This document shows, one piece after another, positions 50,279 to 59,601 of a stretch of 64,000 bases of DNA. The position numbers and the translations under genes are program-made. Under the pieces are notes generated by a model. The model was not told where the DNA came from and did not search any database. It saw only the letters and a list, made by a program, of their open reading frames with translations. Each line of letters opens with the position of its first letter. Position 1 is the stretch's first letter. Source of the DNA: Patescibacteria group bacterium (GTDB lineage Bacteria > Omnitrophota > Gorgyraeia > Gygaellales > Profunditerraquicolaceae); assembly GCA_035506195.1 (NCBI GenBank), contig DATJPV010000030.1:22662-86661 (forward strand), written 5' to 3'.

Positions 50279-51521
50279 CGTTGATCCTCTTTAGCTGCGC
50301 GATGACCGCCTCTTCTTTGTCGATCGTCTTTTGCTGGGTGCGGCGCACTTTCAGTTCTACGTTATTCTGCTTCACATACTCTTTACCGATGATGACCTGC
50401 GCCGTAATGCCCAAAAGGTCGGCGTCCTTGAATTTGACCCCCGCCCGTTCGTCGCGGTCATCAAGCAAAACCTCTATCCCGCAGGCGCTCAGTTCCTCGT
50501 GCATGGCGCGGGCGCTGCCCATAATCTTTTCGTCGGTGACATCCAGGGGCAGAATAATCGCCCGGTAAGGGCTGATCTCCTGCGGCCAGACGATCCCGAA
50601 GTCATCATGATGCTGTTCGATAACCGCTGCCACCAGCCTTGAGACCCCTATGCCGTAACAGCCCATGATCATGGGCTTGAGCTTGCCGTCGGCATCCAGG
50701 AAATTCGCGCCCAGCGTATCGCTGTATTTCGTGCCCAATTTAAAAATATGCCCTATCTCGATAGTATTGGTCTTGGCCAATTCCGTGCCGCACTCCGGGC
50801 AGTTTTCTTTCCTGTCTTCTTTGAAAGGCTTTGCCTGCTTGCATTTTGGGCAACGCCAGATAATGTCTTCTCCGCTTGAGGCCGGCACCATGAATTCATG
50901 GGATAGGCTTCCGCCCATGACCCCGGAGTCTGCCTCGATGCCGATGAAATCCAAGCCGCACCTCTTGAAAATAGCGTGGTAGGCCTTGTGCATGGCTTGA
51001 TAGTTCTTGTCCAGGCCCGCCTCATCCCTGTCGAAGCTATAGGCGTCTTTCATGATGAATTCGCAGGCCCTGACCACCCCGAAACGGGGCCTGATCTCAT
51101 CGCGGAACTTAGTCTGGATCTGATACAATACCGTGGGCAGTTGGCGGTATGAAGAAACCTGACTTTTGACCAGGTCCGTAATGACCTCTTCGTGGGTGGG
51201 GCCAAGGCAGACGTTGCGTTTCCTGCGGTCGATGAACCGGATCATGACCTCTCCCATAACCTCATCGCGGCCCGATTTAACCCATAGCTCCCGAGGCTGC
51301 AATGCCGGCAGCAGCAGCTCTGCCGCGCCGCAGGCCTGCATTTCTTGGCGGATGATCTTCTGGATATTATTCAATACTTTCAGGCCCAAGGGAAGATATG
51401 AGTATACCCCGGCCATGAGCATCCGGATAAGCCCGGCCCGCAACATCAGCTGATGGCTGACGGATTCCGATTCCTGAGGCGTTTCTTTAAGCGTAGGTAT
51501 GAACGTCTTTGACCAAAGCAT
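50271..51521 (-). CDS. proS: Proline--tRNA ligase, short bacterial-type lacking the INS editing domain, with a CxxC...CxxC insertion
   Basis: Class II motifs (FRDEIRPRFGVVRACEFIMKDAYSF and GCYGIGVSRLVAAVIE) and an anticodon-binding C-terminus. Between motifs 2 and 3 only ~125 aa, containing IWRCPKCKQAKPFKEDRKENCPECG. 416 aa, versus ~570 aa for INS-containing ProS. Confidence 0.85.
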   Translation of the reverse strand: MLWSKTFIPTLKETPQESESVSHQLMLRAGLIRMLMAGVYSYLPLGLKVLNNIQKIIRQEMQACGAAELLLPALQPRELWVKSGRDEVMGEVMIRFIDRRKRNVCLGPTHEEVITDLVKSQVSSYRQLPTVLYQIQTKFRDEIRPRFGVVRACEFIMKDAYSFDRDEAGLDKNYQAMHKAYHAIFKRCGLDFIGIEADSGVMGGSLSHEFMVPASSGEDIIWRCPKCKQAKPFKEDRKENCPECGTELAKTNTIEIGHIFKLGTKYSDTLGANFLDADGKLKPMIMGCYGIGVSRLVAAVIEQHHDDFGIVWPQEISPYRAIILPLDVTDEKIMGSARAMHEELSACGIEVLLDDRDERAGVKFKDADLLGITAQVIIGKEYVKQNNVELKVRRTQQKTIDKEEAVIAQLKRINDA

Positions 51522-51523
51522 GA

Positions 51524-52597
51524 TTAGTTTCTCTTGCGCGCATCTATTTGTTGCAATAATGCCGTCACGCAGTTATGAAAGGGGATTTTTTTAACGACTT
51601 TGCCTTCTTTGAACAGGAGCCCTTCCTTTTTCCCGAAAGCCACCCCCACATCCGCTTCCTTTGCTTCTCCGGGGCCGTTGACCACACAACCCATCACCGC
51701 AAGCGTTATCGGTTTGCCGCCTGGGCGCAGGGTCCTGCCGGCAAGTTCTTTCTCCAGGCTCCTAACCACTTGTATAAGGTCGACTTCGCACCTGCCGCAG
51801 GTAGGGCAGCTGATCATCTGGACACCGAAGTGGCGCAGGCTCAATGCCTCAAGCACTGCTTTGGCCACCCGTATTTCTTCCTCCGGCTGGTCGGTAAGCG
51901 ATATTCTTATTGTATCACCAATTCCCTCCAATAGCAAAGCTCCAATTGCGATGCTGGACTTGACCTGGCCCTGCAGGGGAAAACCCGTTGCCGTCAGGCC
52001 CAGATGCAGCGGGTAGTCGCATACTGCGGCCATTTTGCGGTACGCCTCTACGGTATCGCGCACATTCGAGGCCTTTAAGGAAATGACCATGTCATAAAAA
52101 TGCAGTTTTTCGACCATCCGTATATACGCCTGCGCCGAGGCTACCAGCCGGTCAGACAAGGCTGCCTTGCGGGAGACTGCCCCTTTTACGGAACCGGAAT
52201 TAACGCCTATCCGCAGCGGTATCTTCGCCAGCTTCAAGGCACTGACAACCTCCCTGACCTGGGCCGGCTTGTAGATATTGCCGGGATTAAGGCGTATTTT
52301 ATCTGCGCCGCTATCTATTGCCTCCAGGGCCAGGCGCCAGTCAAAATGTATATCCGCAACCAGCGGGATGCGGATGCCTGCCCTGATCTTACGTATGGCC
52401 AGGGCATCCTGGCGGTCCTTGACTGCCACGCGCACGATCTCGCAGCCTGCCCGGGTAAGCGCGGCAATCTGATTGATGGTTGCCCGGACGTCGGAAGTTT
52501 TAGCCTTAGACATCGACTGGATGGCAATCGGATGCCTTGCGCCGATATATACGCTGCCTATCTTGACGGTCCTGGTTTTATGCCTGAATGCACCCAT
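51524..52597 (-). CDS. ispG: 4-hydroxy-3-methylbut-2-en-1-yl diphosphate synthase (flavodoxin)
   Basis: IAIQSMSKAKTSDVRATINQIAALTRAGCEIVRVAV, C-terminal CPTCGRC [4Fe-4S] motif. 357 aa. Confidence 0.92.
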   Translation of the reverse strand: MGAFRHKTRTVKIGSVYIGARHPIAIQSMSKAKTSDVRATINQIAALTRAGCEIVRVAVKDRQDALAIRKIRAGIRIPLVADIHFDWRLALEAIDSGADKIRLNPGNIYKPAQVREVVSALKLAKIPLRIGVNSGSVKGAVSRKAALSDRLVASAQAYIRMVEKLHFYDMVISLKASNVRDTVEAYRKMAAVCDYPLHLGLTATGFPLQGQVKSSIAIGALLLEGIGDTIRISLTDQPEEEIRVAKAVLEALSLRHFGVQMISCPTCGRCEVDLIQVVRSLEKELAGRTLRPGGKPITLAVMGCVVNGPGEAKEADVGVAFGKKEGLLFKEGKVVKKIPFHNCVTALLQQIDARKRN

Positions 52598-52598
52598 C

Positions 52599-53678
52599 TT
52601 ATTTGACGAACCACTTGGCGATCTTGCTGCCGAACTTCAAAATATCGTTATAGGTCACCACCAACGCCAATGTCAGGATCAGGGTCAGCCCTATCCGGGT
52701 GATAATGCGTTCCGTCTTAAGGCTTAATCCCTTGCCCCGGATTTTTTCTATGATCAACAAAAAAATATGCCCGCCGTCCAAAACCGGTAACGGCAGCAGA
52801 TTAAAGATCGCCAGGCTTATGCTCAAGACCGCGATGAGGTGCACCACCGGTATCGCCCCCAGGTTTGTTGCCTGGTGCGTGATATAAAAAATACCCAGGG
52901 GTCCGGTCACGGATTCGCGCATCGAAAGCCTGCCGGTAATGAGCATCCCGAAAGCCTTATACGTGACTACGGTCAAATCCCAGGTCTTGCGCGCCCCCAG
53001 CAACAGCGATTCCCCCAGGCCGTGCCGCACGATCACCGTTTCTTCGCTGGGCGTGATGCCCAAAAGGCCGACGCTCTGTTTTTTGCCGAATATGTCGCTG
53101 ACCTGCTTTTCTCTGAGGCTGACTTCCCGCAGGAGTTTTTCATTCCCCCTGAGCAGGGCCACTTTAACCGAAGCAGCGCCTTTATTCTCCTGGATAGCGG
53201 CCTGCAGTTCTTCCCAGCTGCCGACGCTCTTATCTTGCACCGAAACGATCCTGTCTCCGGCCTGGATGCCTGCCTCTTTGGCCCCGAAGCCGTCCAGCAG
53301 GCCGCCGACCTTGTTGGTCAGCGTAGGGTAACCGGCAAAAAATATGAGCCAGAAACACAAAAAGCCAAGCACGTAGTTAAGCAACGGCCCGCAGAAAATT
53401 ATCTGCGCGCGCTGCCCAGGCTTCTTCGACAAGTATTCCCCGGGCGTGCCTTTATACTCTTCAAGGTTGTCCCCGGCCATTTTGACGTAGCCGCCGAAAG
53501 GGACGGCAGCCAGGTTGTATTCGGTCTGCCCCTTTTTGCGGGAAACAAGCTTAGGGCCGAACCCCAGAGAAAAAATCTCGACGATGACCCCGATGCGCTT
53601 GGCGGCGATAAAATGGCCGAATTCGTGGACGAGAATCAATATACCCAGAACCAAAAGAAACACAAATAAGGAAAGCAT
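52599..53678 (-). CDS. rseP: RIP site-2 zinc metalloprotease RseP
   Basis: HEFGHFIAAKRIGV (HExxH), PDZ domain, NxxPxxxLDG-type motif (FNLLPLPVLDGGH). 359 aa. Confidence 0.9.
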   Translation of the reverse strand: MLSLFVFLLVLGILILVHEFGHFIAAKRIGVIVEIFSLGFGPKLVSRKKGQTEYNLAAVPFGGYVKMAGDNLEEYKGTPGEYLSKKPGQRAQIIFCGPLLNYVLGFLCFWLIFFAGYPTLTNKVGGLLDGFGAKEAGIQAGDRIVSVQDKSVGSWEELQAAIQENKGAASVKVALLRGNEKLLREVSLREKQVSDIFGKKQSVGLLGITPSEETVIVRHGLGESLLLGARKTWDLTVVTYKAFGMLITGRLSMRESVTGPLGIFYITHQATNLGAIPVVHLIAVLSISLAIFNLLPLPVLDGGHIFLLIIEKIRGKGLSLKTERIITRIGLTLILTLALVVTYNDILKFGSKIAKWFVK

Positions 53679-53680
53679 AG

Positions 53681-54844
53681 TTATGATCCTATCCGGTTAA
53701 TGAGGGACAAGGCCTTTTGCCGAGCCCACTCCTGCGCTTCAAGGATATCATTCAGGCCGGGGTTTTCAAGATGGCGGTGCTGGCTGAGCACCCGCTCGAT
53801 GACCTGCGGTATCTTTACGAAACGCATGCTGTTATTTAAAAACGCCTCAACTCCCGCTTCATTGGCGGCATTCATGACCGCGGGGGCGGTACCGCCCTGC
53901 TCGGCGACGCGATACGCCAATCCCAAACAGGGAAACTTTTTAAAATCCGGCTTGAAAAAATCAAGGGACTTAAGCGCGTAAAAGTCCAGGCATGGCAGCT
54001 TCGACGCCAGCCGCCGGGGATACGAAAGGGCGTATTGTATCGGGATACGCATATCGGTAACCGACAGTTGCGCCATGATAACCCCGTCGATGAATTCGAC
54101 CATCGAATGGATGATCGCCTGCGGGTGAATGACGGTCTTGATGCGGGAAGGCTGTACCCCGAACAACCACATCGCCTCCAGTACCTCCAGCCCTTTGTTC
54201 ATGAGCGTCGCAGAATCAACCGTAATTTTTTCCCCCATCTTCCATCGCGGATGCGCCAGGACCTGGGCCCTGGAGACGTGGGCGAGGGCGCTAGAACGCG
54301 TCCGGTAGAAAGGGCCGCCCGAGGCGGTCAGGTAAATATTTTGCAGCTCCTGCCTGTGCCTGCCCTCCAAACACTGCCATATCGCCGACTGCTCGCTGTC
54401 GATGGGGATGAGGCGTATCTTTTTTTCCTTGCAGCGCCGCGTAACGATGGAACCCGCCACTACCAGCGCCTCTTTGTTGGCCAAGGCAATATCCTTGCCG
54501 CTTTCAATGGCCTGCAATAAGGGCGCCAGCGCCGCCGATCCGCTTATCGCCATTACCGCCATATCCGGGCCCTTGCGCCCTGCGGCCTCGATCAGGCCCT
54601 CTTCGCCCAGAAAAACCCTGACCTTCCTGCGGTTTCCCAGCTTTGCCTTTAAGGCAAGCCCGGCAGCGATGTTCTTGACGCAGACGAAATCGGGATTATG
54701 CAGGCGTATCTGGCGGTATAATACGTCCACCCGGGCGTTCGTAGTCAGCCCTGCCACCTTAAAACGCGAAGGAAAACTCCTTGCTATCTCAAGGACGTTT
54801 TTGCCTATCGAACCGGTAGAGCCAAAGACAACAATACGCTTCAT
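53681..54844 (-). CDS. dxr: 1-deoxy-D-xylulose 5-phosphate reductoisomerase
   Basis: MKRIVVFGSTGSIGKNVLEI N-terminal NADPH motif. Internal start used; the track ORF extends to 54982. Confidence 0.9.
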   Translation of the reverse strand: MKRIVVFGSTGSIGKNVLEIARSFPSRFKVAGLTTNARVDVLYRQIRLHNPDFVCVKNIAAGLALKAKLGNRRKVRVFLGEEGLIEAAGRKGPDMAVMAISGSAALAPLLQAIESGKDIALANKEALVVAGSIVTRRCKEKKIRLIPIDSEQSAIWQCLEGRHRQELQNIYLTASGGPFYRTRSSALAHVSRAQVLAHPRWKMGEKITVDSATLMNKGLEVLEAMWLFGVQPSRIKTVIHPQAIIHSMVEFIDGVIMAQLSVTDMRIPIQYALSYPRRLASKLPCLDFYALKSLDFFKPDFKKFPCLGLAYRVAEQGGTAPAVMNAANEAGVEAFLNNSMRFVKIPQVIERVLSQHRHLENPGLNDILEAQEWARQKALSLINRIGS

Positions 54845-54861
54845 CGCTGTTAACTGCAAGA

Positions 54862-55656
54862 TTACCTGGGTATGATGCTGATATAAAAATAGAAAGCCGG
54901 TGCGGTAAAAAGCAGGCTGTCTACCAGGTCCAAGACGCCCCCCATGCCGGGGAAGATGCTGCCGGAATCCTTTACCTCGCAATCACGCTTCATCAGGGAT
55001 TCCGAAAGGTCCCCTATCTCGGCCAGCAGCCCCAACCCGAAACCCAGGGACAAAAGCCGCGCGTAATCAAAATTGAGCAAAGGGTGGCATAAAAGTGCGC
55101 CTGCGATGCTACAGACAAGCCCCCCTATCGCCCCTTCGACCGTTTTCTTGGGGCTGATCCTCGGCATTAAAGGCGTCCGGCCGAAACGGGACCCGACCAG
55201 ATAAGAGCCCATATCGCACAGCTTGGTGGCGACCAGCACCAGGACCAGCAGGCCAAAACCGTCATCGAGGAACCGGATCTTGATCAAGAAGCTCAAGAAC
55301 CAGGAAATATACAGGATGCCGAAAATAGTGGTGGAGATCGCTACGATCGCCCCGGTATTCTTACGGCGCTTGAACTGCATCAGGATAAGGAACAGCAGCG
55401 CCAGGAGCATAAAGAGCAGCTCCCACTTCTTCGTCGATTCAAAATGGAACGTGATGGATAGCGGGATGATCGCGCCTATCCCGATGCCGAGATATTTATA
55501 CATGCTGATACCCTTCTTCTCCAGCATCAGGAAAAACTCATACAGGCCGCCGATGATCAGCAGGGTTACCGTAACGCCGACCGCCTGCTCCGAAAAAATA
55601 GCCAGCGACACCAGGCCGATAAGCACTACCGAACTGAAGGCGCGATGTAAAAACAT
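54862..55656 (-). CDS. cdsA: Phosphatidate cytidylyltransferase
   Basis: Multi-TM, C-terminal CTP-transferase signature (SLMKRDCEVKDSGSIFPGMGGVLDLVDSLLFTAP). 264 aa. Confidence 0.88.
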   Translation of the reverse strand: MFLHRAFSSVVLIGLVSLAIFSEQAVGVTVTLLIIGGLYEFFLMLEKKGISMYKYLGIGIGAIIPLSITFHFESTKKWELLFMLLALLFLILMQFKRRKNTGAIVAISTTIFGILYISWFLSFLIKIRFLDDGFGLLVLVLVATKLCDMGSYLVGSRFGRTPLMPRISPKKTVEGAIGGLVCSIAGALLCHPLLNFDYARLLSLGFGLGLLAEIGDLSESLMKRDCEVKDSGSIFPGMGGVLDLVDSLLFTAPAFYFYISIIPR

Positions 55657-55662
55657 TTCCTC

Positions 55663-56379
55663 TTACCCCGTTTCAAGCCGGCCGAACCTGCGTTGGCGCT
55701 TTTGATATGCCTGTACCGCTTTCTTGAACGCTTCCCCGCCGAACTCGGGCCAGCATACTTTCTGAAAATACAGCTCAGCGTACGACAGCTGCCAAAGGAG
55801 AAAGTTGCTTATCCGCATTTCACCGCTGGTGCGGATCAAAAGGTCAGGGTCAGGAAGCTCTGCGGTATAAAAATAAGCGCCGAACGTCTCTGTATCCAGC
55901 GCCTCGGGATCGACGGCGCCCTGGAGGGCTTGCCGCGCAAATTTTTTGGCCGCATCCACGATCTCCTGGCGTGAGCCGTAATTCAAGGCCAGGACAAGTT
56001 TTAAGCCGGTGTTGTCCTTGGTGTCCTCTTCGGCCTGCCGCAGGCCCCGCAAGACATAATCCGGCAGGGGCTGCTGCCTTCCGATCACCAGGAACCGCAC
56101 ATTGTTCTTGCGTAATTCACGGATCTCGTTTTTTAAGAAGTGGATCAGCAGGCGCATGAGCATTTGGACTTCCTGCCTCGGCCGGGACCAGTTCTCGGTG
56201 GAGAAGGCAAACAGCGTCACCACCTCGATCCCGAGCTGGGAAGCGGCCCTGATAACCTCTTTGACCCGCTTTACTCCTTCTCGGTGCCCCTGGAGACGCG
56301 GCAGACCGCGGGCCTGGGCCCAGCGGCCGTTGCCGTCCATGATAATCGCTACGTGCCTGGGAAGATTTCCTTTGTTCAT
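55663..56379 (-). CDS. uppS: Di-trans,poly-cis-undecaprenyl-diphosphate synthase
   Basis: LPRHVAIIMDGNGRWA cis-prenyltransferase motif. Internal Met start; the track ORF extends to 56436. Confidence 0.9.
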   Translation of the reverse strand: MNKGNLPRHVAIIMDGNGRWAQARGLPRLQGHREGVKRVKEVIRAASQLGIEVVTLFAFSTENWSRPRQEVQMLMRLLIHFLKNEIRELRKNNVRFLVIGRQQPLPDYVLRGLRQAEEDTKDNTGLKLVLALNYGSRQEIVDAAKKFARQALQGAVDPEALDTETFGAYFYTAELPDPDLLIRTSGEMRISNFLLWQLSYAELYFQKVCWPEFGGEAFKKAVQAYQKRQRRFGRLETG

Positions 56380-56465
56380 CCGGATCGCGCCTGTAAGTTG
56401 ACAATAAAAAACAACCCCGAGCATCGGCCATATCAATCCACCTATGACCTGAGAGCGCAGGGTTA

Positions 56466-58040
56466 CTACTGATGCAACCGATAATCTATATCGGGGAAAA
56501 TATTATCTTTGTATTCGATCTCCGTAAGCCAGCTTTCGTCAATCGAATTCGACTTGATATCCTCGTACAGGCGTGTAAATCTAAGGAGGTGATCCTTGGT
56601 GCGCTTCACGGCATAGCTTACGTGGGTCCCGGTGCCCATGATGAAGGCCCAGTCGGAACTCTGCGCCAGAAGCAACTCGCGCAGCGCCTGATTCAATGCC
56701 CTGCCCATCAAGCCGTTGACGTTCGGATAATTCTTAGCCAGCTCCGTCATCCGCTCAGAGGCAGAATGAAGGTGGCGATACACCCAGTCATTCGGCCCTT
56801 GAAGCCACATTTCGCTGTACCCTTTCCAGCCCCAGCTGGACATTGAGGGAGTGACCACCTGGTTGCGGGGGCTCTCCTGCAGGTATTCGGATGGCGTGAT
56901 CATTCGGATGGTCTTCTGATCAAAATAGGTTTTACGCATGAGGAAATCGATCCACATCGGGCCTTCGTACCACCAGTGCCCGAATAGTTCCGCATCGTAC
57001 GGAGAAACAATGATAGGTTTTCTCTGCATGAAATCATAGAGATACTCAACCTGTTTTTCGCGGTTAAACAGGAAATTCCCCGCATGCTCCGCGGCTTTTT
57101 CCTGGGCCCAGTATGCGTTATACGCGGCCTTCTCTTCGCTGCCGGTAATGCGGTAATATTTGATGCCCGTGTTGATGCGTATGCCGTCCGGATGGATGTA
57201 CGGTTTGATATATTCGTAGTCCAGGTCAAAACCGATATCACGGTAAAATTCACGGTAGAGGTAATCACCGGGGTAGCCTTCTATAGAGGACCACACCTGT
57301 TTGGAAGATTCCAGGTCCCTTCCGAAACAGGCCACGCCGGACTTGCAATAGACGGGGGCAAAGACGCCGTATTTCGGGCGCGGGGTACCGTGGAGGACGC
57401 CGTGCGCATCGCTGAAGAAATATTTAATGCCCGTTTCCTTAAGGACCTCATCGTCTCCGGGATTGAAACCGCACTCCGGAAGCCATATGCCCTTGGGCTT
57501 TCTTCCGAAGACCTTTTCGTAATGGCTGACCGCCACCCTTACTTGAGCCCTTACCGACGGTTTGACCACATCCATCAGGGGCAGGAAGCCGTGCGTAGCC
57601 CCGCAGGTGATGACCTCGAGTTTTCCCGCATCCTGGAATGCCCGGAAGGCAAGCACGAGGTTGCGGTGATAGCGTTCAAAGGTATTCCTGGATTCGTAGA
57701 ATTTCCCCAGGTACATGTTGGCCAGGCTGTTGAATTCCGGCTGCCAACGGGTCCTTTCCACCTCTTTATGCGACAGCTCAATAAGCTTGTTGATATGCCG
57801 CAGGTAGCGCTCCTGCAGGAGCCCGTCCTCAAGCATCGAAAGCAGGGTCGGAGACAGGGTCATGGTAAGACGGAAATCGACCCGGTCATGGATGAGCCGC
57901 TCAAAGACGTTGATGAGCGGGATATACGTCTCGGTGATCGCTTCGTAAAACCAATCTTCTTCCAGGAAATCTTCGCATTCGGGATGCCGCACGAAAGGCA
58001 GGTGCCCGTGGAGCACGATACACAAATACCCTTTATTCAT
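56466..58040 (-). CDS. GH57-family 1,4-alpha-glucan branching enzyme (DUF1957 C-terminal domain)
   Basis: MNKGYLCIVLHGHLPFVRHPE...WLPECGF...ELFGHWWYEGPMWI are GH57 branching-enzyme hallmarks. 524 aa. Confidence 0.85.
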   Translation of the reverse strand: MNKGYLCIVLHGHLPFVRHPECEDFLEEDWFYEAITETYIPLINVFERLIHDRVDFRLTMTLSPTLLSMLEDGLLQERYLRHINKLIELSHKEVERTRWQPEFNSLANMYLGKFYESRNTFERYHRNLVLAFRAFQDAGKLEVITCGATHGFLPLMDVVKPSVRAQVRVAVSHYEKVFGRKPKGIWLPECGFNPGDDEVLKETGIKYFFSDAHGVLHGTPRPKYGVFAPVYCKSGVACFGRDLESSKQVWSSIEGYPGDYLYREFYRDIGFDLDYEYIKPYIHPDGIRINTGIKYYRITGSEEKAAYNAYWAQEKAAEHAGNFLFNREKQVEYLYDFMQRKPIIVSPYDAELFGHWWYEGPMWIDFLMRKTYFDQKTIRMITPSEYLQESPRNQVVTPSMSSWGWKGYSEMWLQGPNDWVYRHLHSASERMTELAKNYPNVNGLMGRALNQALRELLLAQSSDWAFIMGTGTHVSYAVKRTKDHLLRFTRLYEDIKSNSIDESWLTEIEYKDNIFPDIDYRLHQ

Positions 58041-58112
58041 TTTTCTCTGGTTTCCTTTGCTGAATATGAATGTCGTAAAAAAACCTGACGGCGGGCGACG
58101 TGCCGCGGCTGA

Positions 58113-59108
58113 TTACTTCGTCTCTCGCGTGACGATAGGCGTAATAGTCCTCTCATCGATCCCGTCAGAGGAAGTTGCGTGCACCGGGATAACCTGCTTG
58201 CCGTCGGGAAGCGCAAAGCGTAAACTGAACGTCCCATCCGGCCTTAGTTTTATCTCGCGGCCCTGGACCTTGACCTTGGCATCCGGTTCGGTGGCTCCAT
58301 AGACAATAAGCTCGGTGTTGACCACCAGCCAGAATTTTCTTTCTTTGGGGATCCTTTTGGCCGGACTGGTCGGCGACGACAGGCCCGGAGAAGAAAGTAT
58401 CCCGGAGAACAACGCCCTGCGCATCCTCTCTTGCCATGCCTTGCCTACGGGTGAACTCCTGCCGAATCCGAATCCCATACCGTAGAGCCGGGCGAACATC
58501 TCATCCGGCACCATCCACTCTTCGTCGGTAATCCAAGAGGGCCCTTCCAGGGGGGTATAGGCCGTATTTGAACGCACGATAGTAATGAATCTGCCGTCGG
58601 GCAAAAGCAGCCCTAAGTCAACGCACCAGGACCTACCCGGCCCCCCGGTATCGATATACCAGCTATTCGACATCGGATTGACCTCGATATCGAAGAACCG
58701 GTTCGCATTGCTGCCGTTGAAAATAACGGTGGTCACGTCATAAACCCTCAGCATCCTCTTGGCCTGATGGAACGCCTCGCCCAACTCCCCGCGCAGCCTG
58801 TCGAAGGTGTGGGGCATGATTTCCCAATACGCATGCAACCACCAGGGGTCGCGCGTCTGCAGAACGATCCTGTCTTTGCCATATTCGCCGGGTAATTCAT
58901 GAGGCATCTGACGATGCGCCCTGACCGGTTCGGGAGTAAAGTATTTCGCCTTCTCTACAGCCACCTCCTGTGTGCCGATAAGCTCTTTCTCTATCCTGGC
59001 GGCCCTCTTTCTCCTGAAGCGGCTCGGTATCTCTTTAAGAATCTTAGGCGCCTTTTTCTTCCGTATGATCTTGGTGATTTTTTCTTTGATCTTACGCAAT
59101 ATAACCAT
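58113..59108 (-). CDS. DUF4912-domain protein (frequent partner of GH57/glycogen genes)
   Basis: RDPWWLHAYWEI motif and C-terminal beta-rich region. Start re-assigned to the ATG 8 nt after an AAAGGAGGTG SD; the track start GTG at 59117 lies inside the SD. Confidence 0.7.
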   Translation of the reverse strand: MVILRKIKEKITKIIRKKKAPKILKEIPSRFRRKRAARIEKELIGTQEVAVEKAKYFTPEPVRAHRQMPHELPGEYGKDRIVLQTRDPWWLHAYWEIMPHTFDRLRGELGEAFHQAKRMLRVYDVTTVIFNGSNANRFFDIEVNPMSNSWYIDTGGPGRSWCVDLGLLLPDGRFITIVRSNTAYTPLEGPSWITDEEWMVPDEMFARLYGMGFGFGRSSPVGKAWQERMRRALFSGILSSPGLSSPTSPAKRIPKERKFWLVVNTELIVYGATEPDAKVKVQGREIKLRPDGTFSLRFALPDGKQVIPVHATSSDGIDERTITPIVTRETK

Positions 59109-59130
59109 CACACCCACCTCCTTTAAGAAT

Positions 59131-59152
59131 AAAAAAGGGGATATGCTCCCCT
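59131..59152 (-). terminator. Rho-independent terminator downstream of the coiled-coil lipoprotein gene
   Basis: Minus-strand RNA AGGGGA-GCAUA-UCCCCU followed by UUUUUAUU, about 45 nt after the stop at 59198. Confidence 0.6.
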
Positions 59153-59197
59153 CTTCATATACGCGCAGATGCTCGTCTGACCCGCCCCCTTTTACAT

Positions 59198-59584
59198 TTA
59201 TTTAGCTTTCGCCGACTTGGCAGCCATCAAGGCCTCTTTCAAATCTTCCTCGAGGGCCTCCTTAAGCTTGGTAATTTTCTGAAGCTCTTCCTTGAGGCTG
59301 TTGTTTATCATTTGTTCCTGAATGAGCGTCTTTTTGGTTGCCTCGTGCCCTGCCTTCTCGGCCTCCAGGTCCTTAGTCAGACCGTCAAGCTTGACATCCA
59401 GCGCCTTTTTTTCCTGGAGGAATTTCGACATCCTTTGTTCGCTGTCCCAGCTGGCGGCTCTTTCCCTGTCCAGGGCCAGCTTCTGGTTTCGCGCGCCCAG
59501 GCAGGAGCTGACGGAGAGCAGAAAAAATATGACTGCTATGACCGATAATATAATAATGACGCGGGTTTTAATAACTTCTTCCAT
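59198..59584 (-). CDS. Coiled-coil lipoprotein/membrane-anchored protein, function unknown
   Basis: N-terminal hydrophobic segment with LSVSSC lipobox-like site, then heptad-rich KLDGLTKDLEAEK...LKEELQKITKLKEALEEDLKE. 128 aa. Confidence 0.55.
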   Translation of the reverse strand: MEEVIKTRVIIILSVIAVIFFLLSVSSCLGARNQKLALDRERAASWDSEQRMSKFLQEKKALDVKLDGLTKDLEAEKAGHEATKKTLIQEQMINNSLKEELQKITKLKEALEEDLKEALMAAKSAKAK

Positions 59585-59601
59585 GTTGATTTGTTACGCT
59601 T

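Noticed and set aside
57084-58088. 334-aa plus-strand ORF
   Set aside because: Antisense to the GH57 branching enzyme gene. Rejected as spurious.
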